64,000 nt of DNA from Bacteroidales bacterium (GCA_036677745.1 JAVBVW010000005.1:307268-371267); one strand, 5' to 3'. Shown: positions 29,037 through 38,639, counted from the stretch's first letter. Numbers and translations are program-made. Notes: a model not told the origin generated them from the sequence alone.

Positions 29037-29513
29037 TTATATGAGCGGAATTGCTACTTCTCCACTTATCAATGTGATCTTATTAGTAGAAACATCTGTA
29101 TGTATTATCAAGTATCCGGTTTCATTATAGTAATTTTCGCTAGGCGCCCAATAATAAACACCCGGAGACTTTCCCGGAATAAGCAAGCCACCCATCAGAT
29201 TTAATGCAGATGAATCCATACCCACACCAAGATAATTATTTACTTTAAACAAAGTATCTCGGATAGTAAAATAAATAAAATCACCAGCTTGAAACACAAA
29301 TTCTGAACTTCCATAGTGATACTCTGTCATTTCAGGAATATCATCATCAGGAGATGGATATCTGATGTTGGTAGGAATCCCAAGTGCTGCAGTTATTTGT
29401 GCACCAGAATATGAAGCCGACAGGCTAAGGCCATTTATCGTTATTGTGCAGTTTTGTGAATAAATAGATATTGAACAAAGAACAAAAATCAAGAATAGTA
29501 TAAACTTTTTCAT
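29037..29513 (-). CDS. Small secreted protein, paralog C
   Basis: 158 aa with a signal peptide …SIYSQ. It shares INGLSL…ALGIP, KVNNYLGVGMDSSALNLMGG and YYWAPSENY with paralogs A and D. It lies 1 nt from the paralog B start. Confidence 0.72.
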   Translation of the reverse strand: MKKFILFLIFVLCSISIYSQNCTITINGLSLSASYSGAQITAALGIPTNIRYPSPDDDIPEMTEYHYGSSEFVFQAGDFIYFTIRDTLFKVNNYLGVGMDSSALNLMGGLLIPGKSPGVYYWAPSENYYNETGYLIIHTDVSTNKITLISGEVAIPLI

Positions 29514-29522
29514 ATGATTTAA

Positions 29523-30005
29523 TTACATAAAATCACTTGTTGTGCTAACGTCAATCAATGTTATTTTCTGATTTGAAGGGTTAAAGTGGATAATTGCATA
29601 TCCGATGCTCTTGTATTCCTCACTTGGTGCCCAATAAAAGAGATCTGACGTTGAATTATAGATTACGCCTCCCATTTGATTTACCATTGATATATCCATT
29701 CCAACTTCGAGATAATTATTTAATTTGAAATTATTATTTCTAATGCAGAATTGTTGAAGTGATCCATCAATAAATAAAAAGGCACTTTCATTTCCTATAA
29801 CGCTGTTTAAATAGCAGTATTCAACCCAATCAGGAAAATCCTGATTTGGAGGAATTATTTTGCTTGGAGCACCGAGACTGTCTGTTATTTGAGACTCTGT
29901 GTATGTAGCTCCCAAAATGAGTCCGTTTACTTTAATTTCACTAAATTGTGAAAACAAAGGCATAGAAACGATTAATGAAACAATAGATATTATTAACTTT
30001 TTCAT
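29523..30005 (-). CDS. Small secreted protein, paralog D
   Basis: 160 aa with a signal peptide …PLFSQ. It is the closest relative of paralog A and the first gene of the array. Confidence 0.75.
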   Translation of the reverse strand: MKKLIISIVSLIVSMPLFSQFSEIKVNGLILGATYTESQITDSLGAPSKIIPPNQDFPDWVEYCYLNSVIGNESAFLFIDGSLQQFCIRNNNFKLNNYLEVGMDISMVNQMGGVIYNSTSDLFYWAPSEEYKSIGYAIIHFNPSNQKITLIDVSTTSDFM

Positions 30006-30236
30006 AATGTGAATGTTAATTAGTCAAATTTCTTGTAATATTAGCATTTTACTCACATTTTGTATATTGAAAACATTCTTACTATGCTTACTGACAGATG
30101 CTTTGTCAAACATAATAAAAATTTCTGATTTATTTGCTCGTAAAGTATTCACAAAATGCTGATTTGCTGAATAATTACACTATGGCAAATCGCTGGAAAC
30201 ACTAATGAATACTAGTGATCGCGAAACTATGAGAAT

Positions 30237-30270
30237 AAAAAAACAGGCCGGGAAATGGCCTGAATTTTTT
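30237..30270. terminator. Bidirectional rho-independent terminator downstream of ychF
   Basis: AAAAAAA-CAGGCC-gggaaat-GGCCTG-aaTTTTTT. The A-run and T-run flank a 6-bp GC stem, about 40 nt after the ychF stop. Confidence 0.65.
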
Positions 30271-30300
30271 ACATTTTTTTTAATCTAAAGCGCTGTATGA

Positions 30301-31404
30301 TTATACATTAAAGCGGAAGTGCATGATGTCGCCATCCTGAACAATGTACTCTTTGCCCTCAACGGCCATTTTACCGGCCTCTTTGCAGGCGGCTTCACTG
30401 CCATACTTCACGTAGTCGTCGTACTTAATGACCTCTGCACGGATAAAGCCCTTTTCGAAATCGGTGTGAATAATGCCTGCAGCCTGAGGTGCTTTGATGC
30501 CCTTTGAGAAAGTCCATGCGCGAACCTCCTGTACGCCTGCCGTAAAGTAGGTCTCCAGGTTCAAAAGCGCATATGCCGATCGGATAAGCCTTGAAACCCC
30601 AGAAGAGTCAAGACCAAGCTCTGAAAGAAACATCTCCCTCTCCTCGAAGCTCTCAAGCTCTGCAATCTCTGATTCTATCTTTGCTGCCACTACCAGAAGC
30701 TGTGCATCTTCGTCCTTTATGGCCTCTTTTACCATATCCACATATTTGTTCCCCTCTTTTGCCGATGCCTCATCTACATTGCAGACATACATAACGGGTT
30801 TATTGGTAAGCAAGAAGAGCTCTTTAGCCATTTTTGCATCCTCTGCGTTGTCAAAGAATACAGTTCTGGCAGATTTACCCTGAACCAGGGCATCTTTGAG
30901 CTTAACCAGAATCTCGTACATCCTTTTTGCGTTTTTGTCACCGCCAGTTTGTGCCTGCTTGTGCACTTTAGAAATGCGGCTTTCAACTGTTTCAAGATCC
31001 TTAATCTGAAGTTCGGTGTCGATAATCTCTTTGTCCCTCACAGGATTTACCGATCCGTCAACGTGAACTATGTTGGGGTCGTCAAAACAGCGGAGTACAT
31101 GTAAGATGGCATCTGTTTCGCGGATATTTCCAAGGAACTGATTTCCAAGTCCCTCTCCTTTGCTTGCCCCTTTAACAAGTCCGGCAATATCTACAATCTC
31201 TACGGTTGCAGGGATAACTCTTTGCGGTTTTACCAGCTTTTCAAGTACCTGCAGCCTCTCGTCAGGTACAATTGTAGATCCTATGTTTGGTTCGATTGTG
31301 CAAAAGGGGAAGTTTGCAGACTGGGCTTTTCCTGAGCTGATGCAATTAAAAAGTGTTGATTTACCAACATTCGGGAGCCCCACTATTCCGCATTGAAGTG
31401 CCAT
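30301..31404 (-). CDS. ychF: Ribosome-binding ATPase YchF
   Basis: 367 aa with GIVGLPNVGKSTLFN, DIAGLVKGAS and the C-terminal TGS-like …IVQDGDIMHFRFNV. Confidence 0.95.
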   Translation of the reverse strand: MALQCGIVGLPNVGKSTLFNCISSGKAQSANFPFCTIEPNIGSTIVPDERLQVLEKLVKPQRVIPATVEIVDIAGLVKGASKGEGLGNQFLGNIRETDAILHVLRCFDDPNIVHVDGSVNPVRDKEIIDTELQIKDLETVESRISKVHKQAQTGGDKNAKRMYEILVKLKDALVQGKSARTVFFDNAEDAKMAKELFLLTNKPVMYVCNVDEASAKEGNKYVDMVKEAIKDEDAQLLVVAAKIESEIAELESFEEREMFLSELGLDSSGVSRLIRSAYALLNLETYFTAGVQEVRAWTFSKGIKAPQAAGIIHTDFEKGFIRAEVIKYDDYVKYGSEAACKEAGKMAVEGKEYIVQDGDIMHFRFNV

Positions 31405-31603
31405 TTTATAAAAGTATTATTATTTGAGGGTGCGAAATTAACAAAAAAAGGGAGATAAATCTAAAAACGCATAAAATGTGTTTAAAATCAGATAATTGTG
31501 ACAACAGACGACTACTTATTATCTGGTTGGATATTAATTTTACCCTGTTATAAACAACAATTCTCTCCGACGTTTTTTCTCTGAAACATAAACTGTCTTT
31601 AAC

Positions 31604-32641
31604 ATGAAAACAAAACTACTTTTATTGACAATAGCAGCAATTACTCTTTTATTTACAGAACTATCGGGACAGCAGAGAGATAGTTTAACCGGTAGCGGCG
31701 GGTTTCAGGGTAGTTATTTTGTGTTCTGGAATCTCGAAAACTTTTTTGATACAAAATCAGATACGGTGGGTGTTGTACAGGAGTTTTCTGCTTATGGTAA
31801 GATGATGTGGGGCAGAAGGAGGTTTGTTTCCAAAAGGGATGCTATTGCAAAGACAGTTATGGCTGCGGGGGAGGGGAGCTTTCCGTTGTTTATTGGTGTT
31901 GCCGAGGTTGAAAACAGGTATGTGCTAAACTCTCTTGTCTATGACTCTCCATTGAGTTTTGGACGTTATGGAATTATTCATAAAGATTCTCCTGATCTGA
32001 GGGGGATTGATGTGGCTCTGCTTTACAGAAAAGATATGTTCAAGGTATTGTCTGCTAGGTTTATAGGGGTTGATCTCCTGGATACTTCAAGAAAGACCAG
32101 AGATATTCTATATGCCAGAGGGGTGGTGAATGTTCTGGATACTCTGCATATTTTTATTAACCACTGGCCATCAAAATTTGGTGGGGAGAGGGTGTCGCAG
32201 CCGGCAAGGGAGGCTGCTGCTCTCGCGTTAAAGGGGGTTTGTGATTCGCTGTTTTGTGTTAACAACCGTGCAAATATTATTGTAGCGGGTGACTTTAATG
32301 ATACTCCTGATTCGGATATTATGAGATCGCTCGAGGGGTTGGTAAATCTTGCCGGCCGCCGTCATGAAAAGGGGGAGGGGACAATAAAGTACAGGGGTGT
32401 GTGGGAACTGATTGATCAGATTCTTGTCTCGCGAAATTTGCTGGATAAAGATGAGCCTCTCTTTACTGATGAGTCTCTCTTCTCAATTTTTGATGCTCCG
32501 TTTCTGCTTGAGAGAGATAGGGCGTTTACGGGACTCAAGCCCAAACGTACATATGTTGGGCCAAGATATAACGGAGGGGTGAGCGACCACCTTCCTGTGA
32601 GGGTGCTGATTTATTTTTATACCTTTGCAGCATGTATGTAA
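31604..32641 (+). CDS. Secreted endonuclease/exonuclease/phosphatase (EEP) family protein
   Basis: 345 aa with a signal peptide. EEP-like blocks are present (FWNLENFFD, …INHWPS…, GDFND, SDHLPV). Confidence 0.8.
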   Translation: MKTKLLLLTIAAITLLFTELSGQQRDSLTGSGGFQGSYFVFWNLENFFDTKSDTVGVVQEFSAYGKMMWGRRRFVSKRDAIAKTVMAAGEGSFPLFIGVAEVENRYVLNSLVYDSPLSFGRYGIIHKDSPDLRGIDVALLYRKDMFKVLSARFIGVDLLDTSRKTRDILYARGVVNVLDTLHIFINHWPSKFGGERVSQPAREAAALALKGVCDSLFCVNNRANIIVAGDFNDTPDSDIMRSLEGLVNLAGRRHEKGEGTIKYRGVWELIDQILVSRNLLDKDEPLFTDESLFSIFDAPFLLERDRAFTGLKPKRTYVGPRYNGGVSDHLPVRVLIYFYTFAACM

Positions 32642-33426
32642 AGGCAAAAAAGGCGTTGGGTCAGCATTTTCTCAAGGACCCTAAAATAGCAAAGCGTATC
32701 GTTGATTCGCTTGAGCTTTCGGATTTAGATAAAAGTGGCGGGATTGATGTAATAGAGGTGGGGCCGGGAACCGGTGTGCTTACTCAGTTCCTTGCCGTTG
32801 ACCCGGATATTAACCTTAAACTTGCCGAGATTGACTCTGAGTCGGTTGAATATCTTAAAATTCACTATCCGGCACTGGAGGAGTCTCTGTACGAAGCCGA
32901 CTTTCTGAGAATGAAGCTTGAAGATGTTTTCGATGGGGAGTTTATGGTGATTGGTAACTTTCCGTATAACATCTCTTCTCAGATCTTCTTTAAGGTTCTG
33001 GATTACAGGAGCCGTATTCCTCAGGTTGTGGGTATGGTACAGAAAGAAGTGGCTGAGAGGCTTGCGTCGAATCCCGGTAAAAAGGCTTACGGAATATTGT
33101 CTGTTTTGCTTCAGGCTTGGTACTCAATTGAGTATCTCTTTACTGTTGATGAGAATGAATTTATCCCGCCACCTAAGGTTAAGTCGGCAGTTATAAGGCT
33201 TAAGAGAAACTCAAGGGAGTCACTCGGGTGTGACGAATCGCTCTTTAAGGCTGTTGTTAAGACCTCTTTCAACCAGAGGCGCAAAACCATACGAAACTCT
33301 TTGAAGCCTATAATTGGTGGGCTAGAATTACCTGATAGCTATCTCTTTGCCAAAAGACCTGAACAGCTTTCTGTTGAGGAGTTTGTAGAGCTTACAAAAA
33401 TTGTTGACTCTCTGAAACAGAGTTAA
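32632..33426 (+). CDS. rsmA: 16S rRNA (adenine1518/1519-N6)-dimethyltransferase RsmA/KsgA
   Basis: 264 aa with LGQHFL, the SAM motif EVGPGTGVLT, NFPYNISS and FNQRRK. Confidence 0.93.
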   Translation: MYVKAKKALGQHFLKDPKIAKRIVDSLELSDLDKSGGIDVIEVGPGTGVLTQFLAVDPDINLKLAEIDSESVEYLKIHYPALEESLYEADFLRMKLEDVFDGEFMVIGNFPYNISSQIFFKVLDYRSRIPQVVGMVQKEVAERLASNPGKKAYGILSVLLQAWYSIEYLFTVDENEFIPPPKVKSAVIRLKRNSRESLGCDESLFKAVVKTSFNQRRKTIRNSLKPIIGGLELPDSYLFAKRPEQLSVEEFVELTKIVDSLKQS

Positions 33427-33447
33427 GACACACGAAAGAGATTTAAT

Positions 33448-34719
33448 CTACTTAGAGTTAATTGCATCTACCGGATTCAGATTTGCAGCAGTGTAAGCCG
33501 GCAGAAATCCGGAAACTATCCCGATAACAGATGAAATCATCAATCCTCTTATGATGTTGTATGCGCTAAGCTGCATCGGGAATGACTCGCTGCTCCCTAC
33601 TCCCAGCACCAATAATGATACAAACAGAATTCCCACGGCACCACCGGCCAGGGCCAAAACCGCAGCCTCTGCCAGAAACTGTGTGAGTATTGTATATTTC
33701 TTTGCACCGAGTGCCTTTTGAATACCTATGAGGTTTGTCCTCTCCTTAACAGAGACAAACATAATGTTTGCTATTCCAAAGCCACCTATAAGTATTGAGA
33801 AACCTCCGATTATCCAGCCTGCAAGGTTTATCCCTCCAAATATCTCTTTGGTTGAGTCAAGCAGAAAGGTCATTTCGTTAAGTGCAAAATTGTCTTTCTG
33901 CTTTGGTTTTAGTCTTCTTACAGCCCTCATTAACTGTCTCATCTCCTGAATAAATTCGTCTCTTGAGACATTGTCGTGCGGTTTCAGACAAATCATTGCA
34001 GATGAGCGCTTCACATTAAATAGAGTACCGGCATAGCTGTATGGAACCAACACAGAATTATCTGTATCAAAGATATTAACGATACTCTCCCCAGCCTTCT
34101 TCATAACACCGATTACCCGCGTGTTGCTGTTGCCAAGCTTAATGATTTTATTAATAGGATCTTCGCCCGCAAAAAGGTTTTCTGCAACTGCATAACCAAG
34201 AATTACAACCGGAACAGATGATTGGGTTTCTGACATCGAAAAATACCGTCCTGTCTCTATCTCAACATTTGCAACCTTATCCCATTCGAAGGTAGGTGCA
34301 GTTACAAACCCTCCGGTGAATGTGTTACGGCGGTATTTGATTGATAAATTGGTAAATGTTACAAAAGCAGTAGATTCGAGTGTCTTTGAATTTGCCTTAA
34401 GAAAAAGATACTCTTCATACTTTGGGGTGGGCCTCATCCTGAATTCCCACCACTTGTACTCCTCTCCCTCTTCGGGAGCAAATGGGAACTCCTGTACATA
34501 AACTGTAGTAGAGCCAAAGCTGTTAAGCCCTCTCTCTACATTATTGCGTAAGGCATCAATGGCAGTAAATACTGTTACAATCGAGAAGATACCAATGGTT
34601 ACCCCGAACAGTGACAAAAATGTCCTGAATTTATCTCCCTTTAGCGAACCGAAAGCAAACGTTATACTTTCGACCATAAGTTTAAAGATCATCTGGAATC
34701 TTCTGTAATAACTTATCAT
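33448..34719 (-). CDS. ABC transporter permease, MacB/FtsX-like
   Basis: 423 aa. It has an N-terminal TM segment, a large periplasmic MacB_PCD-like region and a C-terminal FtsX-type 3-TM bundle (…ERTNLIGIQKALGAKK…). The start may be the internal MIFKL. Confidence 0.85.
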   Translation of the reverse strand: MISYYRRFQMIFKLMVESITFAFGSLKGDKFRTFLSLFGVTIGIFSIVTVFTAIDALRNNVERGLNSFGSTTVYVQEFPFAPEEGEEYKWWEFRMRPTPKYEEYLFLKANSKTLESTAFVTFTNLSIKYRRNTFTGGFVTAPTFEWDKVANVEIETGRYFSMSETQSSVPVVILGYAVAENLFAGEDPINKIIKLGNSNTRVIGVMKKAGESIVNIFDTDNSVLVPYSYAGTLFNVKRSSAMICLKPHDNVSRDEFIQEMRQLMRAVRRLKPKQKDNFALNEMTFLLDSTKEIFGGINLAGWIIGGFSILIGGFGIANIMFVSVKERTNLIGIQKALGAKKYTILTQFLAEAAVLALAGGAVGILFVSLLVLGVGSSESFPMQLSAYNIIRGLMISSVIGIVSGFLPAYTAANLNPVDAINSK

Positions 34720-34728
34720 AAACCCTCC

Positions 34729-37338
34729 TTAAAGACCCAATCTCTTTTTTAAGTTTCTTAATTTATCAAATGCATCAAGCGGCGAAAGAGTATTTATATC
34801 CATATCTCGAAGCTCGTCACGGATCTCAATCAGCAGCGGGTCGTCGAGCTTGAAAAATGATAGCTGAACGGCATCCTGATTTGGGGGCATCTTTTTACCC
34901 CTTTTTTCTCTTCCCGAGCCTGTGTTTTCGAGTTGTTTCAGAACCCTCTCAGCACCTGAAACTACATCACGCGGCATTCCAGCCATCCTTGCAACATGGA
35001 TACCAAAGCTGTGTTCAACTCCTCCTCTGCACAATTTTCGCAGAAAGATAACATTTTTACCAACCTCTTTTACAGAAATGTGCCAGTTTTTAACTCTCGG
35101 GAACCTCTCCTCCAGATCGTTCAGTTCATGGTAATGGGTTGCAAAGAGTGTTTTTGCTCTGTGTTGAGGGTGCTCGTGAATATACTCTACAATTGCCCAG
35201 GCTATCGACATGCCATCGTATGTGCTTGTTCCTCTGCCTATTTCGTCAAGTAAAACAAGGGAGCGCGACGACAGATTGTGAAGGATGGTGGATGTTTCGA
35301 GCATTTCGGTCATAAAGGTACTCTCACCGCGGCTGATATTGTCCGAAGCGCCGACTCTTGTGAAAATTTTATCGGTAATTCCCAGTGTCGCGCTCTCAGC
35401 AGGAACAAATGAGCCGGTTTGGGCAAGCAGAACTATCAGAGCTGTTTGTCTAAGCAAGGCACTTTTACCCGCCATGTTAGGTCCGGTAAGAATAATTATC
35501 TGCTGATTGTCGTTATCAAGTGTTATATCGTTGGCGATGTACTCCTCCCCCGGAGACATAAGTGTCTCAATAACGGGATGTCTTCCGTTTTTAATCTCTA
35601 TGGCAGTTCCTGTGTTAAGAACAGGGCGGCAGTAGTTGTTCTCCTGAGCCAGCAGTGCAAAGCCTGCCAGGCAGTCAAGCTGTGCCAGTACAGCTGCGTT
35701 CTGCTGAATTGCCGGAATGTTCTGCTGTATGGCTGATATCAGATTGTTGAAAAGGGTCTGTTCAAGGGCAAGAATTTTCTCTTCTGCTCCAAGAATTTTC
35801 TCTTCGTACTCCTTGAGTTCCTGTGTAATATACCTCTCAGCACTTACAAGAGTCTGTTTTCGTATCCAGTCCTGTGGTACCTTGTCTTTGTGTGTATTAC
35901 GTACCTCCAGATAATAACCGAACACATTGTTGTAGCTTATTTTGAGTGAAGTTATTCCTGTACGCTTTGTTTCCCGCTCCTGAATGTCGGCAAGTATCTC
36001 TTTGCCGTGACGGGCAATATCGCGGAGTGAATCCAGTTCTGAACTGATGCCGGGTGAGATTACATCTCCTTTTCCGATTAGGCCGGCGGGGTCGGGAAGA
36101 AGCTCTTTGTTGAGTCTTTCGAGTAGCGTTTTACATTCGTCTAATGACTCCCCGTAATCTTTCAGGTGATTTGACTGTGAGTTTTGGCAGATAGTCTTTA
36201 CAGGAGAGATCTGTTGCAGACCCCGCCTGAGCATAACCATTTCACGCGGAGTTATTCTGCCTGCAGCAGCTTTTGAGACAACCCGTTCGAGATCTCCTGT
36301 ATCGTGGAGGAGTTGCCTGAGATTATCTCTCAGCTCTCTCTGTGTGAACAGTGTCTCTACAATATTGTGTCTGATATTGAGATGATCGATATTTTTCAGT
36401 GGCATGGCAAGCCAGTTTCTCAGGGTTCTTGAACCCATCGGATTGGCACACCGTTCAATTGTTTTGAAGAGCGAGACAGCACCCTCCTGTGAACTCCCGA
36501 AAACCTCAAGATTGCGGAATGTGAACTTATCTATCCAGACAAACTCCCCCTCGTCAATCCTTGATATTGAGCATAAGTGCCCCAGTCCCTCGTGATGGGT
36601 CAGTTCGAGATAAAAGAGAATCGCTCCGGCAGCAGTTACCGCCAGTGGAATTTCGTCAACTCCAAATCCTTTGAGCGAGGTTGTTCCAAAGTGATCTCTA
36701 AGCTTTTCATAAGCGGCATCCTGAACAAATGCCCACTCATCCATCGGGGTAATATAGTAATCTCTTCCAAACCGCTCTTCAAAACCTTTACGGAACGAAC
36801 GCTCCACCAGAACCTCCTTAGGGGCCATGCTTGCAAGCAGCAACTCTGCATATTCCAACGAACCCGATGCAACCCGGAATGTGCCGGTTGAGATGTCCAG
36901 AAATGCAATTCCGGCACTATCTCCCTTAAAACACATTGAACACAGAAAGTTATTTTCGCTGTTTGAAAGAAGTTGATCGTTGTATGCTACACCGGGAGTA
37001 ACCAGCTCTGTTATGCCTCTCTTTACAATCTTCTTTGTGAGTTTGGGGTCCTCCAGCTGATCGCAGACTGCAACCCGGTACCCGGCCCTTACAAGTTTGG
37101 GAAGGTAGCTGTCTATGGAGTGGTGTGGAAATCCCGCCAGTTCTACGTGTGAGGCGGCACCATTTGCCCTTTTTGTGAGTACTATTCCAAGCACTTTTGA
37201 TGCAGTAACAGCGTCCTCTCCAAAGGTCTCGTAAAAGTCACCTACTCTAAAGAGCAAAAGGGCGTCGGGATACCTGGCCTTGATGGCCAGATACTGTTTC
37301 ATTAAAGGGGTTTCTGCTATTTTTTTATCGGAGTTCAT
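34729..37338 (-). CDS. mutS: DNA mismatch repair protein MutS
   Basis: 869 aa with the TPLMKQY start, Walker A GPNMAGKS, DEIGRGTSTYDG and TLFATHYHEL. Confidence 0.96.
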   Translation of the reverse strand: MNSDKKIAETPLMKQYLAIKARYPDALLLFRVGDFYETFGEDAVTASKVLGIVLTKRANGAASHVELAGFPHHSIDSYLPKLVRAGYRVAVCDQLEDPKLTKKIVKRGITELVTPGVAYNDQLLSNSENNFLCSMCFKGDSAGIAFLDISTGTFRVASGSLEYAELLLASMAPKEVLVERSFRKGFEERFGRDYYITPMDEWAFVQDAAYEKLRDHFGTTSLKGFGVDEIPLAVTAAGAILFYLELTHHEGLGHLCSISRIDEGEFVWIDKFTFRNLEVFGSSQEGAVSLFKTIERCANPMGSRTLRNWLAMPLKNIDHLNIRHNIVETLFTQRELRDNLRQLLHDTGDLERVVSKAAAGRITPREMVMLRRGLQQISPVKTICQNSQSNHLKDYGESLDECKTLLERLNKELLPDPAGLIGKGDVISPGISSELDSLRDIARHGKEILADIQERETKRTGITSLKISYNNVFGYYLEVRNTHKDKVPQDWIRKQTLVSAERYITQELKEYEEKILGAEEKILALEQTLFNNLISAIQQNIPAIQQNAAVLAQLDCLAGFALLAQENNYCRPVLNTGTAIEIKNGRHPVIETLMSPGEEYIANDITLDNDNQQIIILTGPNMAGKSALLRQTALIVLLAQTGSFVPAESATLGITDKIFTRVGASDNISRGESTFMTEMLETSTILHNLSSRSLVLLDEIGRGTSTYDGMSIAWAIVEYIHEHPQHRAKTLFATHYHELNDLEERFPRVKNWHISVKEVGKNVIFLRKLCRGGVEHSFGIHVARMAGMPRDVVSGAERVLKQLENTGSGREKRGKKMPPNQDAVQLSFFKLDDPLLIEIRDELRDMDINTLSPLDAFDKLRNLKKRLGL

Positions 37339-37343
37339 TCTTA

Positions 37344-37351
37344 CAAAAATA
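37344..37351 (-). promoter_or_regulatory. Candidate -7 box (TATTTTTG) for mutS, 5 nt from the ATG
   Basis: TAnnTTTG match on the minus strand. The distance implies a leaderless or near-leaderless mRNA. Confidence 0.4.
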
Positions 37352-37373
37352 GATATATTTTATTTCAAAACTC

Positions 37374-37381
37374 TATCTTTG
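37374..37381 (+). promoter_or_regulatory. Candidate -7 box (TATCTTTG) for the serine hydrolase gene
   Basis: TAnnTTTG match 27 nt upstream of the ATG at 37409. It is divergent from the mutS box. Confidence 0.4.
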
Positions 37382-37408
37382 TGAAATGTCCGCTAAAATT
37401 AACCGCTT

Positions 37409-38596
37409 ATGAAAAAACAGAGAATTTTCAGAAACATCGCTGCAATTTTAAGTGTCGCTACAGTAGTGACCGCTTGCAGTTTTCAGTCAAAGGAGAGCAA
37501 GGTGGAGGAGAAGATTGGCAATATTATGGATAGTACGGGGGCTGTTGGCCTTGCCGTTGCTGTCGTAAAAGACGGAAAGATTATCTACAGCAACTCGTTC
37601 GGGTGCAAAAACCTTGATGAGAAGAGCCCTCTGGCACAAGATGATATTTTTAGAATAGCCTCAATATCAAAATCTTTCACCACAACAGCCCTTATGACAC
37701 TCGTTGAGAAGGGTCTTTTTAGCCTGGACGAAGATGTTAGCAATCTGGTGGGCTTTACAGTAAGAAATCCAAAATATCCCGATGTGCCAATTACGGTTAA
37801 GATGTTGCTTTCGCACACTTCAAGTATGAACGATGCAGGCGGATACTTCAGGCTTGATGTGATAGATCCTCTGAAGACTCCTGAGTACGCTAAAAGCTAC
37901 AACGATTATGAGCCGGGCACAAAGTATGAATACTGCAATCTGGGATTCAACACACTTGGTGCTATAATTGAAAAATATTCCGGTATTAGGTTCGATAATC
38001 TTATTAAAGAGACAATTATAAATCCGCTTGGCCTAACTGCAAGTTTCAATGTTGACTCTCTTGATGCTGCAAAATATGTTCCGCTGTACAGTAAAGAGCC
38101 TGTTGACACAACCGAAGGAGCGGAGAGGGTATTTAAGGTTCAGCCGTCTGCCTATCTGAGCAGAGCGAAAGATATTGATTCGGGATATGTAATGGGTTAC
38201 AGCACTCCTCTCTTTTCGCCTACAGGTGGTATGAAAACGTCGGCATACGATCTTGCACGCTATATGATTATGCATATGAACTACGGAGTAGGAGAGAACG
38301 GAGTGAGAGTTCTGTCAGAAGAGAGTGCAAAACTTATGCAGACTCCTGTTATTGAGACAGGTGAACTTAACAGCTATTGCCTTGCTTTAAGACACGCCGG
38401 AAACCTAATCCCGGGAGAGATGATGGTTGGGCATACAGGATCTGCTTACGGACTATACAGCGCGATGTTCTTTGAGCCGAATAAAAGGTTTGGCTTTGTG
38501 ATGATGACAAATGGATGTGATCCTGTTTACAAAGACGGATTTACAACAATTCAGGGAGACGTTATCAGAGCGCTTTATGAAATATTTATTAAATAG
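37409..38596 (+). CDS. Serine hydrolase, beta-lactamase class C/PBP-like family lipoprotein
   Basis: 395 aa with a lipobox (…VVTACS), the SxxK motif (ASISKSF) and a YxN-like motif (YCNLGFN). Confidence 0.85.
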   Translation: MKKQRIFRNIAAILSVATVVTACSFQSKESKVEEKIGNIMDSTGAVGLAVAVVKDGKIIYSNSFGCKNLDEKSPLAQDDIFRIASISKSFTTTALMTLVEKGLFSLDEDVSNLVGFTVRNPKYPDVPITVKMLLSHTSSMNDAGGYFRLDVIDPLKTPEYAKSYNDYEPGTKYEYCNLGFNTLGAIIEKYSGIRFDNLIKETIINPLGLTASFNVDSLDAAKYVPLYSKEPVDTTEGAERVFKVQPSAYLSRAKDIDSGYVMGYSTPLFSPTGGMKTSAYDLARYMIMHMNYGVGENGVRVLSEESAKLMQTPVIETGELNSYCLALRHAGNLIPGEMMVGHTGSAYGLYSAMFFEPNKRFGFVMMTNGCDPVYKDGFTTIQGDVIRALYEIFIK

Positions 38597-38611
38597 AACC
38601 TAAATTATATA

Positions 38612-38637
38612 TCAGAATTGACAATTCTGAATTTTAA
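38612..38637 (+). terminator. AT-rich palindrome, possible terminator or operator between the hydrolase and glycosyltransferase genes
   Basis: TCAGAATT-gac-AATTCTGA followed by ATTTTAA. The stem has 8 perfect base pairs but is AT-rich. Confidence 0.3.
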
Positions 38638-38639
38638 GG

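Noticed and set aside
24540-30300. Accessory patch as a classical mobile element or prophage
   Set aside because: No integrase, transposase, tRNA target, conjugation or phage genes and no flanking direct repeats were found. It is kept only as a compositionally distinct accessory patch.
24540-30300. NVEALA-type small peptide genes or radical-SAM maturases next to the BF3164 propellers
   Set aside because: I scanned the intergenic regions on both strands and found no NVEALA-like coding sequence and no maturase gene.
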